DNA of 64,000 nucleotides, taken from the NCBI GenBank assembly GCA_963716745.1, contig OY970320.1:2464001-2528000 (forward strand), in the 5' to 3' direction. The stretch comes from an uncultured Gemmatimonadaceae bacterium (GTDB lineage Bacteria; Gemmatimonadota; Gemmatimonadetes; Gemmatimonadales; Gemmatimonadaceae). Every line of letters starts with the position of its first letter. Position 1 is the first letter of the stretch. The position numbers and the translations under genes were made by a program. This document shows positions 20,263-33,809 of the stretch, piece after piece. The notes below the pieces were generated by a model, which had not been told where the DNA came from, ran no database searches, and saw only the letters and a program-made list of their open reading frames with translations.

Positions 20263-21589
20263 ATGATGTTGTTCCGGAGTTCCATGGTGCTCCTCGTGCT
20301 GTCCGCGCTCGCGCTCGGAGCCTCATCGAGCGCTACACAATCCACCGGCACCATCGTCGCACTCCCCGCACCGCCGGCTGCCGCGAGCGGCGCGTCGGGC
20401 TCCATCGATGTCGCGGCGGCGACGCGCGCGTATCTCGACGTGCTCACGCCGGAGCAGAAGGCGAAGTCCGACGCGTACTTCGAGGGCGGCTACTGGCTGA
20501 TCCTGTGGGGATTCCTCTGGACCTCGGCGATCTATGTGCTGCTCCTGCAGACCGGCGTGTCGGCGCGGATGCGCGATAGCGCCGAGCGGACGACCTCGTT
20601 CAAGCCGCTGCAGACGATCCTGTACTGGGCGATGTTCGTAGTGGTGCTCGACGTGCTGTCGCTCCCGTTCGACATGTACCAGGACTATTTCCGCGAGCAT
20701 CAGTACAGCATGTCGAATCTGACCATGGCCGGCTGGTTCGGCGACCAGCTCAAGGGATTCCTGCTCGCGCTATTCCTGCGTCGCCATCGCGGTGGTGGCG
20801 TTGTACGGCATCGTGCGCCGCATTCCCCGCACGTGGTGGGTGTGGGGCAGCATCGCCGCGGTCGCATTCTTGGCATTCGGCGCCGTGATCGTGCCGGTGG
20901 TGATCTCGCCGATCTTCAATACTCCCACGCGTCTCGCCGACGAGCGCGTCGTACAGCCGATCCTCACGCTCGCGCGCGCGAATGGCATCGACGCGAAGGA
21001 AGTTTGGCAGATCGATGCGTCCAAACAGACCAAGCGCATGAGCGCGAACGTGAGCGGCCTGCTCGGCACCGAACGCATCACATTGAACGACAACCTCCTG
21101 GCCCGCGCATCGCTCCCCGAGATCGAGGCCGTGATGGGCCACGAGATGGGGCACTACGTGCTCAATCACGTCTACAAGGGATTGATGGAGATCGGGATCA
21201 TCCTCGTGCTCGGCTTCGCGCTCGTGAACCTCTTCTTCGAGCGGCTGCGCGTGCGCTACGAGGCGAAGTGGCAGGTGCGCGGAATTGGCGATGTCGCGGG
21301 GCTGCCGCTCGTGGCGCTCCTCTTCGGCGCCTACTTCTTCGTGATGACGCCGGTGCTCAATTCAGTGGTGCGCACGCAGGAATACGAAGCCGACATGTTC
21401 GGCCTCAACGCCTCGCGCCAACCCGACGGCTTCGCGCAGGCGGCGCTCCACCTGTCGGAATACCGGAAAATGGAACCGGGGACGCTCGAGGAGATCATCT
21501 TCTACGATCACCCGAGCGGGCGCACGCGGATACATAGCGCGATGCGCTGGAAAGCAGAACATCCTGAAACGTGGACGACGATGAAATAG
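20263..21589 (+). CDS. M48 (Ste24/CAAX-like) metalloprotease; frameshift near 20778
   Basis: DAYFEGGYW, FREHQY, DASKQT..SANV.G, HEMGH, EYEAD and DHPS motifs. Confidence 0.9.
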
Positions 21590-21597
21590 CTAGTAGA

Positions 21598-21704
21598 ACC
21601 GCGAACGGCGGGACTGGTACCGCTGACGGCGGGATTAGCGTTGGGGAGAGCTGAAATCCAACGCTAATCCCGCCTCCAGCGGTGCCAGCCCCGCCCTCAG
21701 CGGT
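21598..21704. repeat. REP/MITE-like palindrome, GCGGGACTGGTACCGC family, copy 1
   Basis: Arms of ~47 bp at 21598-21644 and 21658-21704, between convergent genes; related to 51195-51322. Confidence 0.85.
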
Positions 21705-21718
21705 GCTACGCACGCAGT

Positions 21719-23005
<1,287 letters not shown>

Positions 23006-23015
23006 GTGATCCTTG

Positions 23016-24303
23016 TCAGGAGACTTTGCGCGTCTTGCGGCGCAGGAAGTCCATCAGGATGAACTGGCCGAGCGTCATGGTATTGGTGAAGTACGCCTTG
23101 CCGCGCGCGATCTGCGACACGCGCTTCACGAACTCCACGAGCGCGCGGTCGCGCGCGAGCATGAAGGTGTTGATCACGATGCCGGCGCGCCGGCAATCGG
23201 CCACCTCGCGCAGCGTCTGCGCCATCACCATCGCGTCGAGTCCCATCGAGTTCTTGTAGATCATCCCGTTGGGCATCGTGACCGCGCTCGGCTTGCCGTC
23301 GGTGATCATCACGATCTGCCGCATGTCCTTCTTCTGCGCGAGCAGAATGCGCCGCGCGAGCTTGAGCCCTTCGGCGGTGTTCGTGTGGTACGGTCCCACC
23401 TGCGCGTGCGCGAGGCGCGCGATCGGGATCTCCTCCGCCGAGTCGTGGAAGAGCACTACGCGCAGCGAGTCGCCGGGGAACTGCGTGCGGATCAGATGCG
23501 TGAGCGCGAGCGCGACCTTCTTGGCCGGGGTGAACCGATCCTCGCCATACAGGATCATCGAGTGCGAGGTGTCGAGCATGAGCACCGTGGCGCAGCTCGA
23601 GCGGTACTCGGCTTGGTGCACCATCAGATCGCCGTAGTCGAGGTCGAGCGGGATGCCGAGCGAGCCCGTGCGCGCGAGCGCGTTCTGCAGCGTCGCCGCG
23701 ACATCGAGGTTCATCGTGTCGCCGAACTCGTACGGTTTGCTCCACGCGTCCGACTCGATGCCGGTGGCGAGATACGGCGTGTCGTGACTGCCGAACGACG
23801 ATTTCCCGAGCGAGCCGAGCAGCGAGCGCAGCGTCTTGAAGCCGAGGAAGTCGATGCCTTTTTCGGTGAGCTGGAACTGCACGTCGCGCGAGGCAGCATG
23901 GGCGAGTCCGCCGGCGCCGGTCACCTGTTGGTGGCCCGATGGCACCTGCGGCGGCGCCTGCATGTTGAGGAAGCCCTCGCTCACGAGGCGCTGGATGATC
24001 TCGTCGAGCAGCTTCGCGAGGCGGGCGGCGCTCTCGCCCTCATCGTCGCCGTCGCCGCGAAGGGCGTCGAGCATCTCGGGGGTGAACTGCCCGCTGTCCA
24101 TGAGCGCCTGCAGGATCGCCTGGCGCAACGCATTCGAGCGAGCGGTCCGCGCCGTCCTCCATCGGATCGCCCCAAGGACTCGGCGGCCCGCCGCCCGCGA
24201 AGCCGGACTGCAGCAGGAAATCCGCGAGCTGGTCGAGCAGCGACTGCAGGTCGACGGCGTCCGCGTGCGCGGGAGAGAATTTATTGTAGCTGTGTTCGCG
24301 CAC
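23016..24303 (-). CDS. vWA-domain protein (partner of the upstream AAA+ ATPase); frameshift near 24135
   Basis: MIDAS motif DTSHSM, plus TNTAEG and MITDGKPS. The N-terminus [25 protein letters not shown] is in another frame. Confidence 0.88.
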
Positions 24304-24304
24304 G

Positions 24305-25756
<1,452 letters not shown>

Positions 25757-25876
25757 GAGACGGCTCCGGAGCGGCGGGACGGGGGAGATTCAGATTACTC
25801 CGGATGCACGGCGCCGCGCTAGAGGAATCCGGCTCTCGCGCATTGACACCGCCGTTTCGCACCGGGAACGTAGGGC

Positions 25877-26368
25877 ATGGACGACACCGCCCTGTACGTC
25901 ACTTCGGCCCACGAGATCGGCTGGGGGCTGCTGCTGGTGGCGGTCTCCCTGAGCATGCACGCGATTGGGATGATCTCGACGCTCCGCTTCCACGGCGCCT
26001 ACCGGGATCGCTACGACAAGGTGCCCACGCTCGCGAAGGGGATCGTGGGACTCATCCTCGCGAGCTGGATGATCCTGGCCGTGCATCTATCCGAGGTGCT
26101 CGTGTGGTCGCTGTTCTTCCAGTGGCAACACTGCTTCCCGAACCTCAGCATCGCCATGTACTTCGCGCTCGACGAGTACACGACTGTCGGGAGTCCGCTC
26201 GACCTGCCGAACGAGTGGCGGCTGCTGGAGGGCATGATCGCGACCGCGGGCCTGCTCGGCTTCGCCTGGAGCACCGGCGTGCTGCTCACGCTGGCCTCGA
26301 CGTTCCAGGAGAACCAACTCAAGCGCCTCACCGCGCGGCACGATCACGCGGATCCGCCGTCGTCGTAG
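25877..26368 (+). CDS. Small ion-channel-family (Ion_trans_2-like) membrane protein
   Basis: TM-pore-TM pattern: H..EV..W...YFALDEYTTVGSP..LP.EWRLL.G.....GLL.FAWSTG. Confidence 0.75.
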   Translation: MDDTALYVTSAHEIGWGLLLVAVSLSMHAIGMISTLRFHGAYRDRYDKVPTLAKGIVGLILASWMILAVHLSEVLVWSLFFQWQHCFPNLSIAMYFALDEYTTVGSPLDLPNEWRLLEGMIATAGLLGFAWSTGVLLTLASTFQENQLKRLTARHDHADPPSS

Positions 26369-26415
26369 GCTATGTCGCCCCGCCGGTCGCGGCGCCATCC
26401 CGGCTCCGGCGCCCA

Positions 26416-26479
26416 CGCGCTTACACGCTTCGAGCCTCGCGGCTGGACAGCGCCGCGAGGCTCGAAGCGTGTAAGCGCG
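26416..26479. repeat. Perfect 28-bp hairpin between convergent genes
   Basis: CGCGCTTACACGCTTCGAGCCTCGCGGC, an 8-nt loop, then the exact reverse complement. Confidence 0.9.
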
Positions 26480-26560
26480 AGCGCCGACCCGGAGCGTGTG
26501 CGGCGCCCGCCGGACTCGGGCGATATGCAGTCCACGCCACGCACCACTCGCGCCCGCGGT

Positions 26561-28673
26561 TCAGTCCGCCAGGCTCACTTCCACGAGATTGTCGTAGAAC
26601 ACCGGACCGTGGCCAAGGTCGGTCTCCTGCTGCGACGTGGTTTGGTTCGCGTTCCGTCCATCCAGCGCGTACTTCCCCCACCAGATGCTCGGCGCCCACA
26701 CGGTGGCCGTGCGCACCGCGTCCGATACTTTGGCCGTCGCGACGAACTCTCCGCGGTCGTTGTGCACGCGCACCCGCACGCCCGTCGCGATCTCGCGCGG
26801 CGCCGCGTCGTCGGGATGGATCATGAGCTCCGGCTCGCGCGCCGCCCGGCGGAGCACGTCCACGTTCACGAACGTCGTGTTCAGGAACTGATGCGCCGGT
26901 GAGCTCACCAGCGTCAGCGGGAACCGCTCGGCCAACTCCGGCACCGCCTCGGGGAACTCGCGCGGCGCCGTGAAGTCGGGAAGGGCGTCGAATCCCAGTT
27001 CCACCATGCGCTCGGACTTGAACTCACACTTGCCGCTCGGCGTCAGGAACTTCCCGTCGGCGAAGGGCAGGTACGGCTTGGGCACGTTCAGCCGCGCCCA
27101 TCCCTTCTCGAGCAGCTTCTCGAACGTGACGCCTTTCAGCTTGTCCTTGCCGCTCGCGAGCGCCTGACGGATGAGCGTCACGTCGTCGTCGCGCATCGCG
27201 GCGTGCGTGATGCCGAGCTTCGCGGCGATGCAGCCGGAAGATCTCGCTGTTCGGCTTGCTCTCGCCGATGGGCGGGATCGCCGGCCGGTTCAGCGTCACG
27301 TAGTGATGCCCGTACGAGAGATGCACGTCCCAGTGCTCGAGCTGCGTCGTCGCGGGCAACACGATGTCCGCCCAATCCGCGGTGTCGGTCTGGAAATGCT
27401 CGAGCACGACGGTGAACAGGTCCTCGCGCGCGAGGCCGCGCAGCACCTCGTTGCGATCGGGCGCGACGGCGGCCGGATTCGAGTTGTACACGACGAGCGC
27501 CTTCACCGGCGGGCCGCCCACGCCCGCGTCGGGGCGCGTGAGCGCTTCGCCGAGGCGGATCATGTTGATCGTGCGCACCGGCGGCGAGAGCGCGGGCCGT
27601 TCGAGCGCCGCCTTGTCGAACTCGAAGTTCGCGCTCGAACTCAGCTGCACGCCGCCGCCGGCGCGCCGCCAGTGACCGGTCACAGCGGGCAGGCACGCGA
27701 TGGTGCGCACCGCCATGCCGCCGCCATAGTGGCGCTGCAAGCCGTAGTTCACGCGGATGAACGCCGCTTTCGCCCGGCCGTAACGCTGCCCGAGGGACAC
27801 GATCGTCTCGACATCGATGCCCGTGATCGCGGCGGCGCGCTCCGGCGTCCACTCCGCGGCGCGCGCGCGCATCTCATCGGCGCCGAGCGTGTGTTGCGCC
27901 AGGAACTCATCGTCCTGCAAGCCCTCGGCGTACACCACGTGCATCATCGCGAGCGCGAGCGCCGCGTCGGTGCCGGGACGGATCCCGATCCACGCGTCGC
28001 ATTGCTCGGCGGTGCGCGTACGCAGCGGGTCGATCGCGATCACGAGCGCGCCCTTCTTGCGCGCCTCGAGCACGAACGGCCAAAGATGCGGGTTCGCGGT
28101 GAGCGTGTTGGTGCCCCAGAGCAGCACGAGGTCGCTCTCGGGGATCCCTTCCGGATCGGCGCCAATATTGGCCCCGACGGTCATGCGCATGCCCACCGTG
28201 CCGGCCATCGAACAGATGGTGCGGTCGAGCTTGGACGCGCCAAGCAGATGGAAGAAGCGGCGGTCGATGGAGTTCCCTTGCACGATGCCCATCGTGCCGG
28301 CGTACGAGTAGGGCAGGATGGCTTGCGGTCCGTCGGCGGAGCGGATCACGTCGCCGAGCCGCTTCGCGATCGTCGCGAGCGCATCGTCCCACGTGGTCGG
28401 CTCGAAGCGCCCCGATCCCTTCGCCCCGGTGCGCTTGAGCGGCGTCGTGAGCCGCTCGGCGTGGTACGTCCGGTCGACGTAGCGGTTCACCTTGGCGCAC
28501 AGGAAGCCCGAGGTGAACGGATGGTCGGGGTCGCCGGTGACTCTCACGGCCTGCCCATGCTCGACCGTCACCAACATGGCGCAGGTGTCGGGGCAGTCGT
28601 GGGGGCAGGCGGCGCGGACGACGCCCGAATCGGGGGGCGGGGCGTACGGATCGAGGACGACGGAGCTGGCCAT
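26561..28673 (-). CDS. Molybdopterin (DMSO reductase superfamily) oxidoreductase with 4Fe-4S; frameshift near 27232
   Basis: [39 protein letters not shown] and TPSGK motifs; C-terminal MopB-binding domain; no Tat motif. Confidence 0.92.
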
Positions 28674-28887
28674 GGTGCCCGGAAGCGGGATCGCGTGTGG
28701 AACGGGTCGCCTTTCATACTATCGAGGTGTAGTGCCGGCGGCCACCCGGTGCGCCATAGCGGCACATTCGCATGGTCGTGCTTGCGTAACCGTCAGGAAT
28801 AGTTGAGATTACACTGTTGCCCCGGATTGCTTTTCGGTCTGCCATCCGGAGCGATGTCGAGGCCACCGCGCCAAGCGGCGAAGTGTC

Positions 28888-28915
28888 TTGACAGCTACCC
28901 CCGTTCGCGTAGTAT
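28888..28915 (+). promoter_or_regulatory. Sigma70-type promoter for the Met-rich lipoprotein
   Basis: TTGACA-N16-TAGTAT, about 85 bp upstream of the AGGAG RBS and ATG. Confidence 0.65.
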
Positions 28916-29000
28916 TCGAGCCGATTGTTCCCGGCATTGCAGCGTGCGTGCTCGGAAAGTAGTTCGAAGCTGGTTCCGCCCCCTCTCCAGGAGAAGTCTC

Positions 29001-29240
29001 ATGAAGCGCGTTGCCGTTATCGCTGCGGTGTTGGCTGTTGCCGCGTGCAAAGGAAAGGAAGCTCCGTCGATCGACTCCATCCCGAAGATGGCCCCCGCGG
29101 CCGCCGCGACGATGGACAGTGGCATGAAGAAGATGGACACCGCCATGAAGAAGATGGACACCGCGATGAAGATGGCCGACACGGCCAAGAAGATGATGTC
29201 GAAGTCCGCTCCGACGCCGCCGCCGGCGAAGAAGCCGTAA
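29001..29240 (+). CDS. Small Met/Lys-rich repeat lipoprotein (79 aa)
   Basis: RBS AGGAG; MKRVAVIAAVLAVAA-C lipobox; MKKMDTA repeats; own promoter and terminator. Confidence 0.85.
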   Translation: MKRVAVIAAVLAVAACKGKEAPSIDSIPKMAPAAAATMDSGMKKMDTAMKKMDTAMKMADTAKKMMSKSAPTPPPAKKP

Positions 29241-29263
29241 CGGTTCGGTTCCTCAGTAATTCG

Positions 29264-29300
29264 AAGGGCGCAGCGATCGTCGCTGCGCCCTTGTTATTTT
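29264..29300 (+). terminator. Intrinsic terminator
   Basis: 13-bp stem AAGGGCGCAGCGA/TCGCTGCGCCCTT followed by GTTATTTT. Confidence 0.8.
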
Positions 29301-30307
29301 CCGGCGGCGCGGCGTCGCTCTTTCCACCAGCGGAACGCTTCCGGCACTCCCACCTCGGGGCGCACGGGCGGTGCCCATCCCAGTTCCCGGCGTGCGCGCT
29401 CGGAGCTGAACGGATTGTCGCGGCTGAGGAAATCGAGTGCGCTGAGGAGGTCATGCGCCAGCGTGTTACGGTTCGCCATACGCAGCCCCGCCGCGGCAGT
29501 GCGGAAACCGGCGCGTGCGAGAGCGAGCGGCACCGGGATGCGCGCCACATGCCGCCCGAGCCCGATCGCGGCCAGCCGCACGAATTCGTCCGCGGTCACG
29601 TCGAAATCGTTCGCGAGATTGTAGGCGCGCCCGCCGGCGGCCGGCGTTCCGGCGGCGCGCAACGCGCCGTCCGCCACACTCGCGGCGTGCACGATGGCCA
29701 TCACCGCGCGGCCGCCGCCGAACACCGGGAAATAACCGCGCTTCATGATGCGCGCGGCGCGAGGCACGAACTGGCGGTCGTAGCGCCCGTAGATCACGTC
29801 GGGGCGCACGGCGCAGCCCCAGATGTGGCCGGCCGCATGCGCATTGAGCACGAGGGAGTCGGCTTCGCGCTTGCTGCGCGCGTAGTGCGCGCCCTCAGTG
29901 AGTGGTGCGAGCGGCGTGTCCTCGTCGGTGGGCGTATCGCGATAGCGCGCCGCGCCGCCATACACCGCGACGCTGCTAATGTGCACGAGCCTCGCCTTGC
30001 TCGATTCCGCCGCGGCGATCGCGTTGCGGGTGCCCTCCACGTTGGCGGCGTCGAACAGCGGCCAACCGCCGTCCGACGTCACGAGCGCTGCCGCGTGGAA
30101 GATCGCGTCGCATCCGTCGGCCGCTGCGGCGAGGCGCGCGCGGTCCATGATGTCGCCGCCGATGAGCGTCGCGCCCAGCGGCTCGAGCCACGCTGCACGC
30201 GCGGGCGCCCGCACGAGGGCGCGCACATGCCAGCCGTCGGCCGCGAGTCGTTCTACGAGATAGGCGCCCACCTGGCCGGTGGCGCCGGTGACCAGCGCGC
30301 GCCGCAC
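29294..30307 (-). CDS. NAD-dependent epimerase/dehydratase (extended SDR)
   Basis: ALVTGATGQVG, FHAAA, NVEGT, SSVAVYG and YARSK motifs. The GTG start overlaps the ygfZ stop. Confidence 0.9.
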   Translation of the reverse strand: MRRALVTGATGQVGAYLVERLAADGWHVRALVRAPARAAWLEPLGATLIGGDIMDRARLAAAADGCDAIFHAAALVTSDGGWPLFDAANVEGTRNAIAAAESSKARLVHISSVAVYGGAARYRDTPTDEDTPLAPLTEGAHYARSKREADSLVLNAHAAGHIWGCAVRPDVIYGRYDRQFVPRAARIMKRGYFPVFGGGRAVMAIVHAASVADGALRAAGTPAAGGRAYNLANDFDVTADEFVRLAAIGLGRHVARIPVPLALARAGFRTAAAGLRMANRNTLAHDLLSALDFLSRDNPFSSERARRELGWAPPVRPEVGVPEAFRWWKERRRAAGK

Positions 30308-31377
30308 TAGAGCGGCAGCGGCAGCGCGGATACCTTCGCGCTCACCTTTCCTCCGTCCCACTGGAGCGTGACATCGGTGCCGGTCTCCACTTCGCGGCGG
30401 AGCATGCCCATCGCCACCGCGCCGAGCCGCGGCGAGAGTGCGCTGGACCGCACTTCGCCCACCTGTTCGCCGTTCGTCGCGAGTACCGCGGCGCCCTCGG
30501 GGGCGGGCTCGGACTTCCCGGCCATGAGTCCGCGGAGATGCCGGTTCACGTGGCCGCGGAAATGCACGCGCGCCACGACCTCCTGTCCCACGTAACAACC
30601 CTTCGTGTACGAGATCGCGTGGAGCGAGTCGAAGTTCGCTTCCTGCGGGATCGTGCTCTCGTCCATGTCCACGCCCCACTCGGGACGCCCCGCTTCGATG
30701 CGCGCGATCTCCCACGCATGCAGCCCCGCCGGCGTCGCGCCGAGTGAGAGCAGCTTCTGCCATACGCCCGAGAATCCATCGCTCGGCACGAACAATTCGT
30801 AGCCCTCGAGCTCGAGCTCCGGCGAGCGGATGATCATCACGATCTGCCCGCCCACGTCCACGGACGTGTGCGCGTACACCGGCAGCGCCGCGAGCGCATC
30901 GGACGGCAGCGACACCAGCGTCGCGACGATCCGTCGCGAGGTCGCGCCGAACACGCCGATCGCGCGGAGCGCGCCGGTCTCATCCTTGCTCGGCGCCAGC
31001 TGCGGGTTGATGAACTTCTTGATCATCGCCTGCCAGCCCGCGTACGCGCGCGGCGGCGCATCCACCACCAGGGCGCCCTCGCGCGCGAAGATGCGCACGT
31101 CGGCCACGATCTTCCCCTTGGGTGTGAGCGCGGCGGCGTACATGCCCTGACCCGGCAGCAGCGCAGCCACATCGTTGGTGACCAATCCCGTCACCAGCTC
31201 GGCGGCCTTGGGCCCCTCGAGCCGCATGCGTCCGCGCGCGCTGCGGTCCACGAGCATCGCGCCCGAGCGCAGCGCGTTGTACTCGGCCGCGATATTGCCG
31301 TAGTGCAGCGTCACCGGATGGCCGGCGACGGTGCCGAGGGCAGGGAAGCTGCCGGAGAGAATGGAACTGGCCGTCAT
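30307..31377 (-). CDS. ygfZ: Folate-binding YgfZ/GcvT-family protein
   Basis: YgfZ signature KGCYVGQE, plus LVTND, LTPKGK and RIEAG. Confidence 0.88.
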   Translation of the reverse strand: MTASSILSGSFPALGTVAGHPVTLHYGNIAAEYNALRSGAMLVDRSARGRMRLEGPKAAELVTGLVTNDVAALLPGQGMYAAALTPKGKIVADVRIFAREGALVVDAPPRAYAGWQAMIKKFINPQLAPSKDETGALRAIGVFGATSRRIVATLVSLPSDALAALPVYAHTSVDVGGQIVMIIRSPELELEGYELFVPSDGFSGVWQKLLSLGATPAGLHAWEIARIEAGRPEWGVDMDESTIPQEANFDSLHAISYTKGCYVGQEVVARVHFRGHVNRHLRGLMAGKSEPAPEGAAVLATNGEQVGEVRSSALSPRLGAVAMGMLRREVETGTDVTLQWDGGKVSAKVSALPLPL

Positions 31378-31410
31378 GACTCCAAGCTAGTCGCGCCCCG
31401 GGGCGGTGCG

Positions 31411-32682
31411 CTACGGGTTCGCGGGCCGGTGAGACACCGAATAGGACGCGTCGATCAATTCGACCGGATGGGCGACACGCGCGCGGGAACCCGTGCGAAG
31501 GAGCCCCGCGCCGATCTGCATCTGGCAGCCGGGATTGCCGGTGGCGACGATGGCGGCACCGGTGGCCGCGATGTTGGCGAGTTTTGGCGCGAGCACGGCC
31601 GCGGCGATCGCGGGCTGCACGAGATTGTAGACGCCGGCGCTGCCGCAGCACTGGTCGGCGTCGGTGAGCGGCACGAGCACGATGCCCGGAATGGCGCGGA
31701 GCACGGTGAGGGGCGGCGCGGCCACGCGCTGCGCGTGCACCAGATGGCAGGGCGCGTCGTAGGTGACCACGCCCTCGAGCGCGCCGCCGGCGCGCGGACC
31801 GGCGGCGGCGAGCAGTTCGCTCACGTCGCGCACGCGCGCGGCGAACGACGCGGCGCGTGCCCGCCACGCCGGATCATCGGCGAGCAGCCGGCCGTATTCC
31901 TTCATCGTGGCGCCGCAGCCGGCGGCATCCACCGCGATGTAGTCCGCGCCGCTCGCCTCGAATGCCGCGATCGCCTCGCGCGCGAGGCGCCGGGCGGTAT
32001 CGGCGTCGCCGGCGTGCGCATGGAGCGCACCGCAGCAACCGGCGCCGGGCGCGGGCACCATCGCGTACTCGTTCACCGTGAGTGCGCGCTCCGCCGCCTC
32101 GTGCACATGGGCGAACAGACCATCCATGATGCAGCCACGGAGGAGCGCAACTCGACCGCGCGCGCCGGACCCGCTCGCGACGTAGCGCTCGCTTTTCACC
32201 GTCGGCGCACTCGCCTCGAGCATCGCCATGGGGAACGAGAATCTCGCGAGCACGCGGGGCACACCGCTCGCGCGCAGAACGCGCGCGAACAACATCACGA
32301 CCGCTAGAAGCCAGGGCCTCGCGATCGCCGCGAGCAACAGCCGCTCCATCACTGGCATCCGATGCCCGATGCCCGATGCCCGATGCACCAATGTTTCCCT
32401 TGCTGCCTCGAGCGCCGCACCATACGGCACCCCCGACGGGCACGCCGTCTCACACGCGCGACAGCCGAGACAGCGATCGAGGTGCGTGGAGAGCGCCTCG
32501 TCGTCGAGCGCGAGCGTCCCGTCGATCGCCGCGCGCATGAGCACGATGCGGCCGCGCGGAGAATCGTTCTCGTCGCCGAGCGCCAGATAGGTGGGACACG
32601 CCTGCAGGCAGAAGCCGCAGTGCACGCACTGCATGAGACCCGGCAGCGCACCGGCGAGCGGAGTGCCGGCGACGTTCGTCAT
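31411..32682 (-). CDS. glcF: Glycolate oxidase Fe-S subunit
   Basis: CVHCGFCLQACP and CLGCRACETACP ferredoxin motifs; two CCG domains; NPGC. Confidence 0.9.
   Translation of the reverse strand: MTNVAGTPLAGALPGLMQCVHCGFCLQACPTYLALGDENDSPRGRIVLMRAAIDGTLALDDEALSTHLDRCLGCRACETACPSGVPYGAALEAARETLVHRASGIGHRMPVMERLLLAAIARPWLLAVVMLFARVLRASGVPRVLARFSFPMAMLEASAPTVKSERYVASGSGARGRVALLRGCIMDGLFAHVHEAAERALTVNEYAMVPAPGAGCCGALHAHAGDADTARRLAREAIAAFEASGADYIAVDAAGCGATMKEYGRLLADDPAWRARAASFAARVRDVSELLAAAGPRAGGALEGVVTYDAPCHLVHAQRVAAPPLTVLRAIPGIVLVPLTDADQCCGSAGVYNLVQPAIAAAVLAPKLANIAATGAAIVATGNPGCQMQIGAGLLRTGSRARVAHPVELIDASYSVSHRPANP
32359..32386. repeat. Intragenic perfect (CCGATGC)x4 in glcF
   Basis: Encodes HRASGIGHRM just after the ferredoxin domain. 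Confidence 0.88.
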
Positions 32683-33809
32683 GCGGCGGCGCCGAGGATG
32701 CCGGCATTCAGGATCCCCGCCGGGTCGAACGCCTCGCGCGCACGGCGCGAGAGCGGGTCGCTCACCGCGGACGGCACTCCGTTCCACGCCGCCTCGGGGA
32801 GCCGCTCCGCGACCACCGTGCATTGCGCGGCGGAGATTCGCTGCAGGAACGCCTGCGCGCGCCGTGCGTCCGCCGCGGGCAGCACAGCGCGCACGATGCC
32901 GCGGCCAACGCTGGCGTGCGCGAAAGCGCCGGGCCACTCTGCGGTCGCGTCGCGTGCCGCTCGCCAGAGCGCCCCCACCTGCGACCGCCGCGACGAGAGC
33001 CGCACGACGGCGGCGTCCGCCGGCTCGACGGCGCGCAACGACTCCCACACGCCTGGCGACGGCGAGACGATCGAGCCGATAGCCGCGAGCGCGGCACGCT
33101 GGGCGCGCACGCTCTCGCCGTTGCCGCCCAGGCGCATGAGGAGCGCCGTGTGTGCGGCAGCGCCCAATCGCGCCGCGAGCGCGGGACTCAACAGCTCCAT
33201 GGCCCAGGGCGCGACCGCCGCTGCGCCGATCTTCGCGAGCAGCGTCTCGATCGCCGCCGCACTGTCATCGCGCACCGCGAGCACCACGGTCTCGTCGGCC
33301 TCAGGGATCGCGCGTAGTCGCACGCTCACCTCGGTGATCACGCCGAGCGTTCCCCACGCGCCGGTGAGCAGCCGCGTGAGATCGAAGCCGGCGACGTTCT
33401 TCACCACGCGCCCGCCGGCGCGAATCATCGCGCCATCGCCAGTGACCGCCTCGAGGCCGAGCACCATGTCGCGCGGCGTGCCGAACGCGTGGGCGAGCGG
33501 TCCGGCCGACGCGGTGGCGATCGTCGCGCCAATGGTGCCGTGCGCATCGCCGAACGGGTCGAGCGCGAGGAACTGCCGCTCGGCGCCCGTGACGCGCGCG
33601 ATCTCGGCGAGCGACGTGCCCGCGCGCGCGGTGAGCGTGAGGTCACCGGGCACGTACTCGACGATGCCGGTGAGCGAACCGACGTCGAGCGGCGTCGCGC
33701 CGGACACGGGCCGGCCGGCGCCGATCCACGTTCCAGCGCCGACGATGCGCAGCGGCGAACGGCTCGCATGCGCCGCGCGAACTCGCTCGGCGATCTCAGC
33801 GGTGGTCAC
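32679..33809 (-). CDS. glcE: Glycolate oxidase FAD subunit
   Basis: [29 protein letters not shown] and FDPAGILN motifs. Confidence 0.88.
   Translation of the reverse strand: MTTAEIAERVRAAHASRSPLRIVGAGTWIGAGRPVSGATPLDVGSLTGIVEYVPGDLTLTARAGTSLAEIARVTGAERQFLALDPFGDAHGTIGATIATASAGPLAHAFGTPRDMVLGLEAVTGDGAMIRAGGRVVKNVAGFDLTRLLTGAWGTLGVITEVSVRLRAIPEADETVVLAVRDDSAAAIETLLAKIGAAAVAPWAMELLSPALAARLGAAAHTALLMRLGGNGESVRAQRAALAAIGSIVSPSPGVWESLRAVEPADAAVVRLSSRRSQVGALWRAARDATAEWPGAFAHASVGRGIVRAVLPAADARRAQAFLQRISAAQCTVVAERLPEAAWNGVPSAVSDPLSRRAREAFDPAGILNAGILGAAA

Noticed and set aside
25843..25875. Promoter at TTGACA before the channel gene
   Set aside because: There is no credible -10 element at 16-18 bp spacing.
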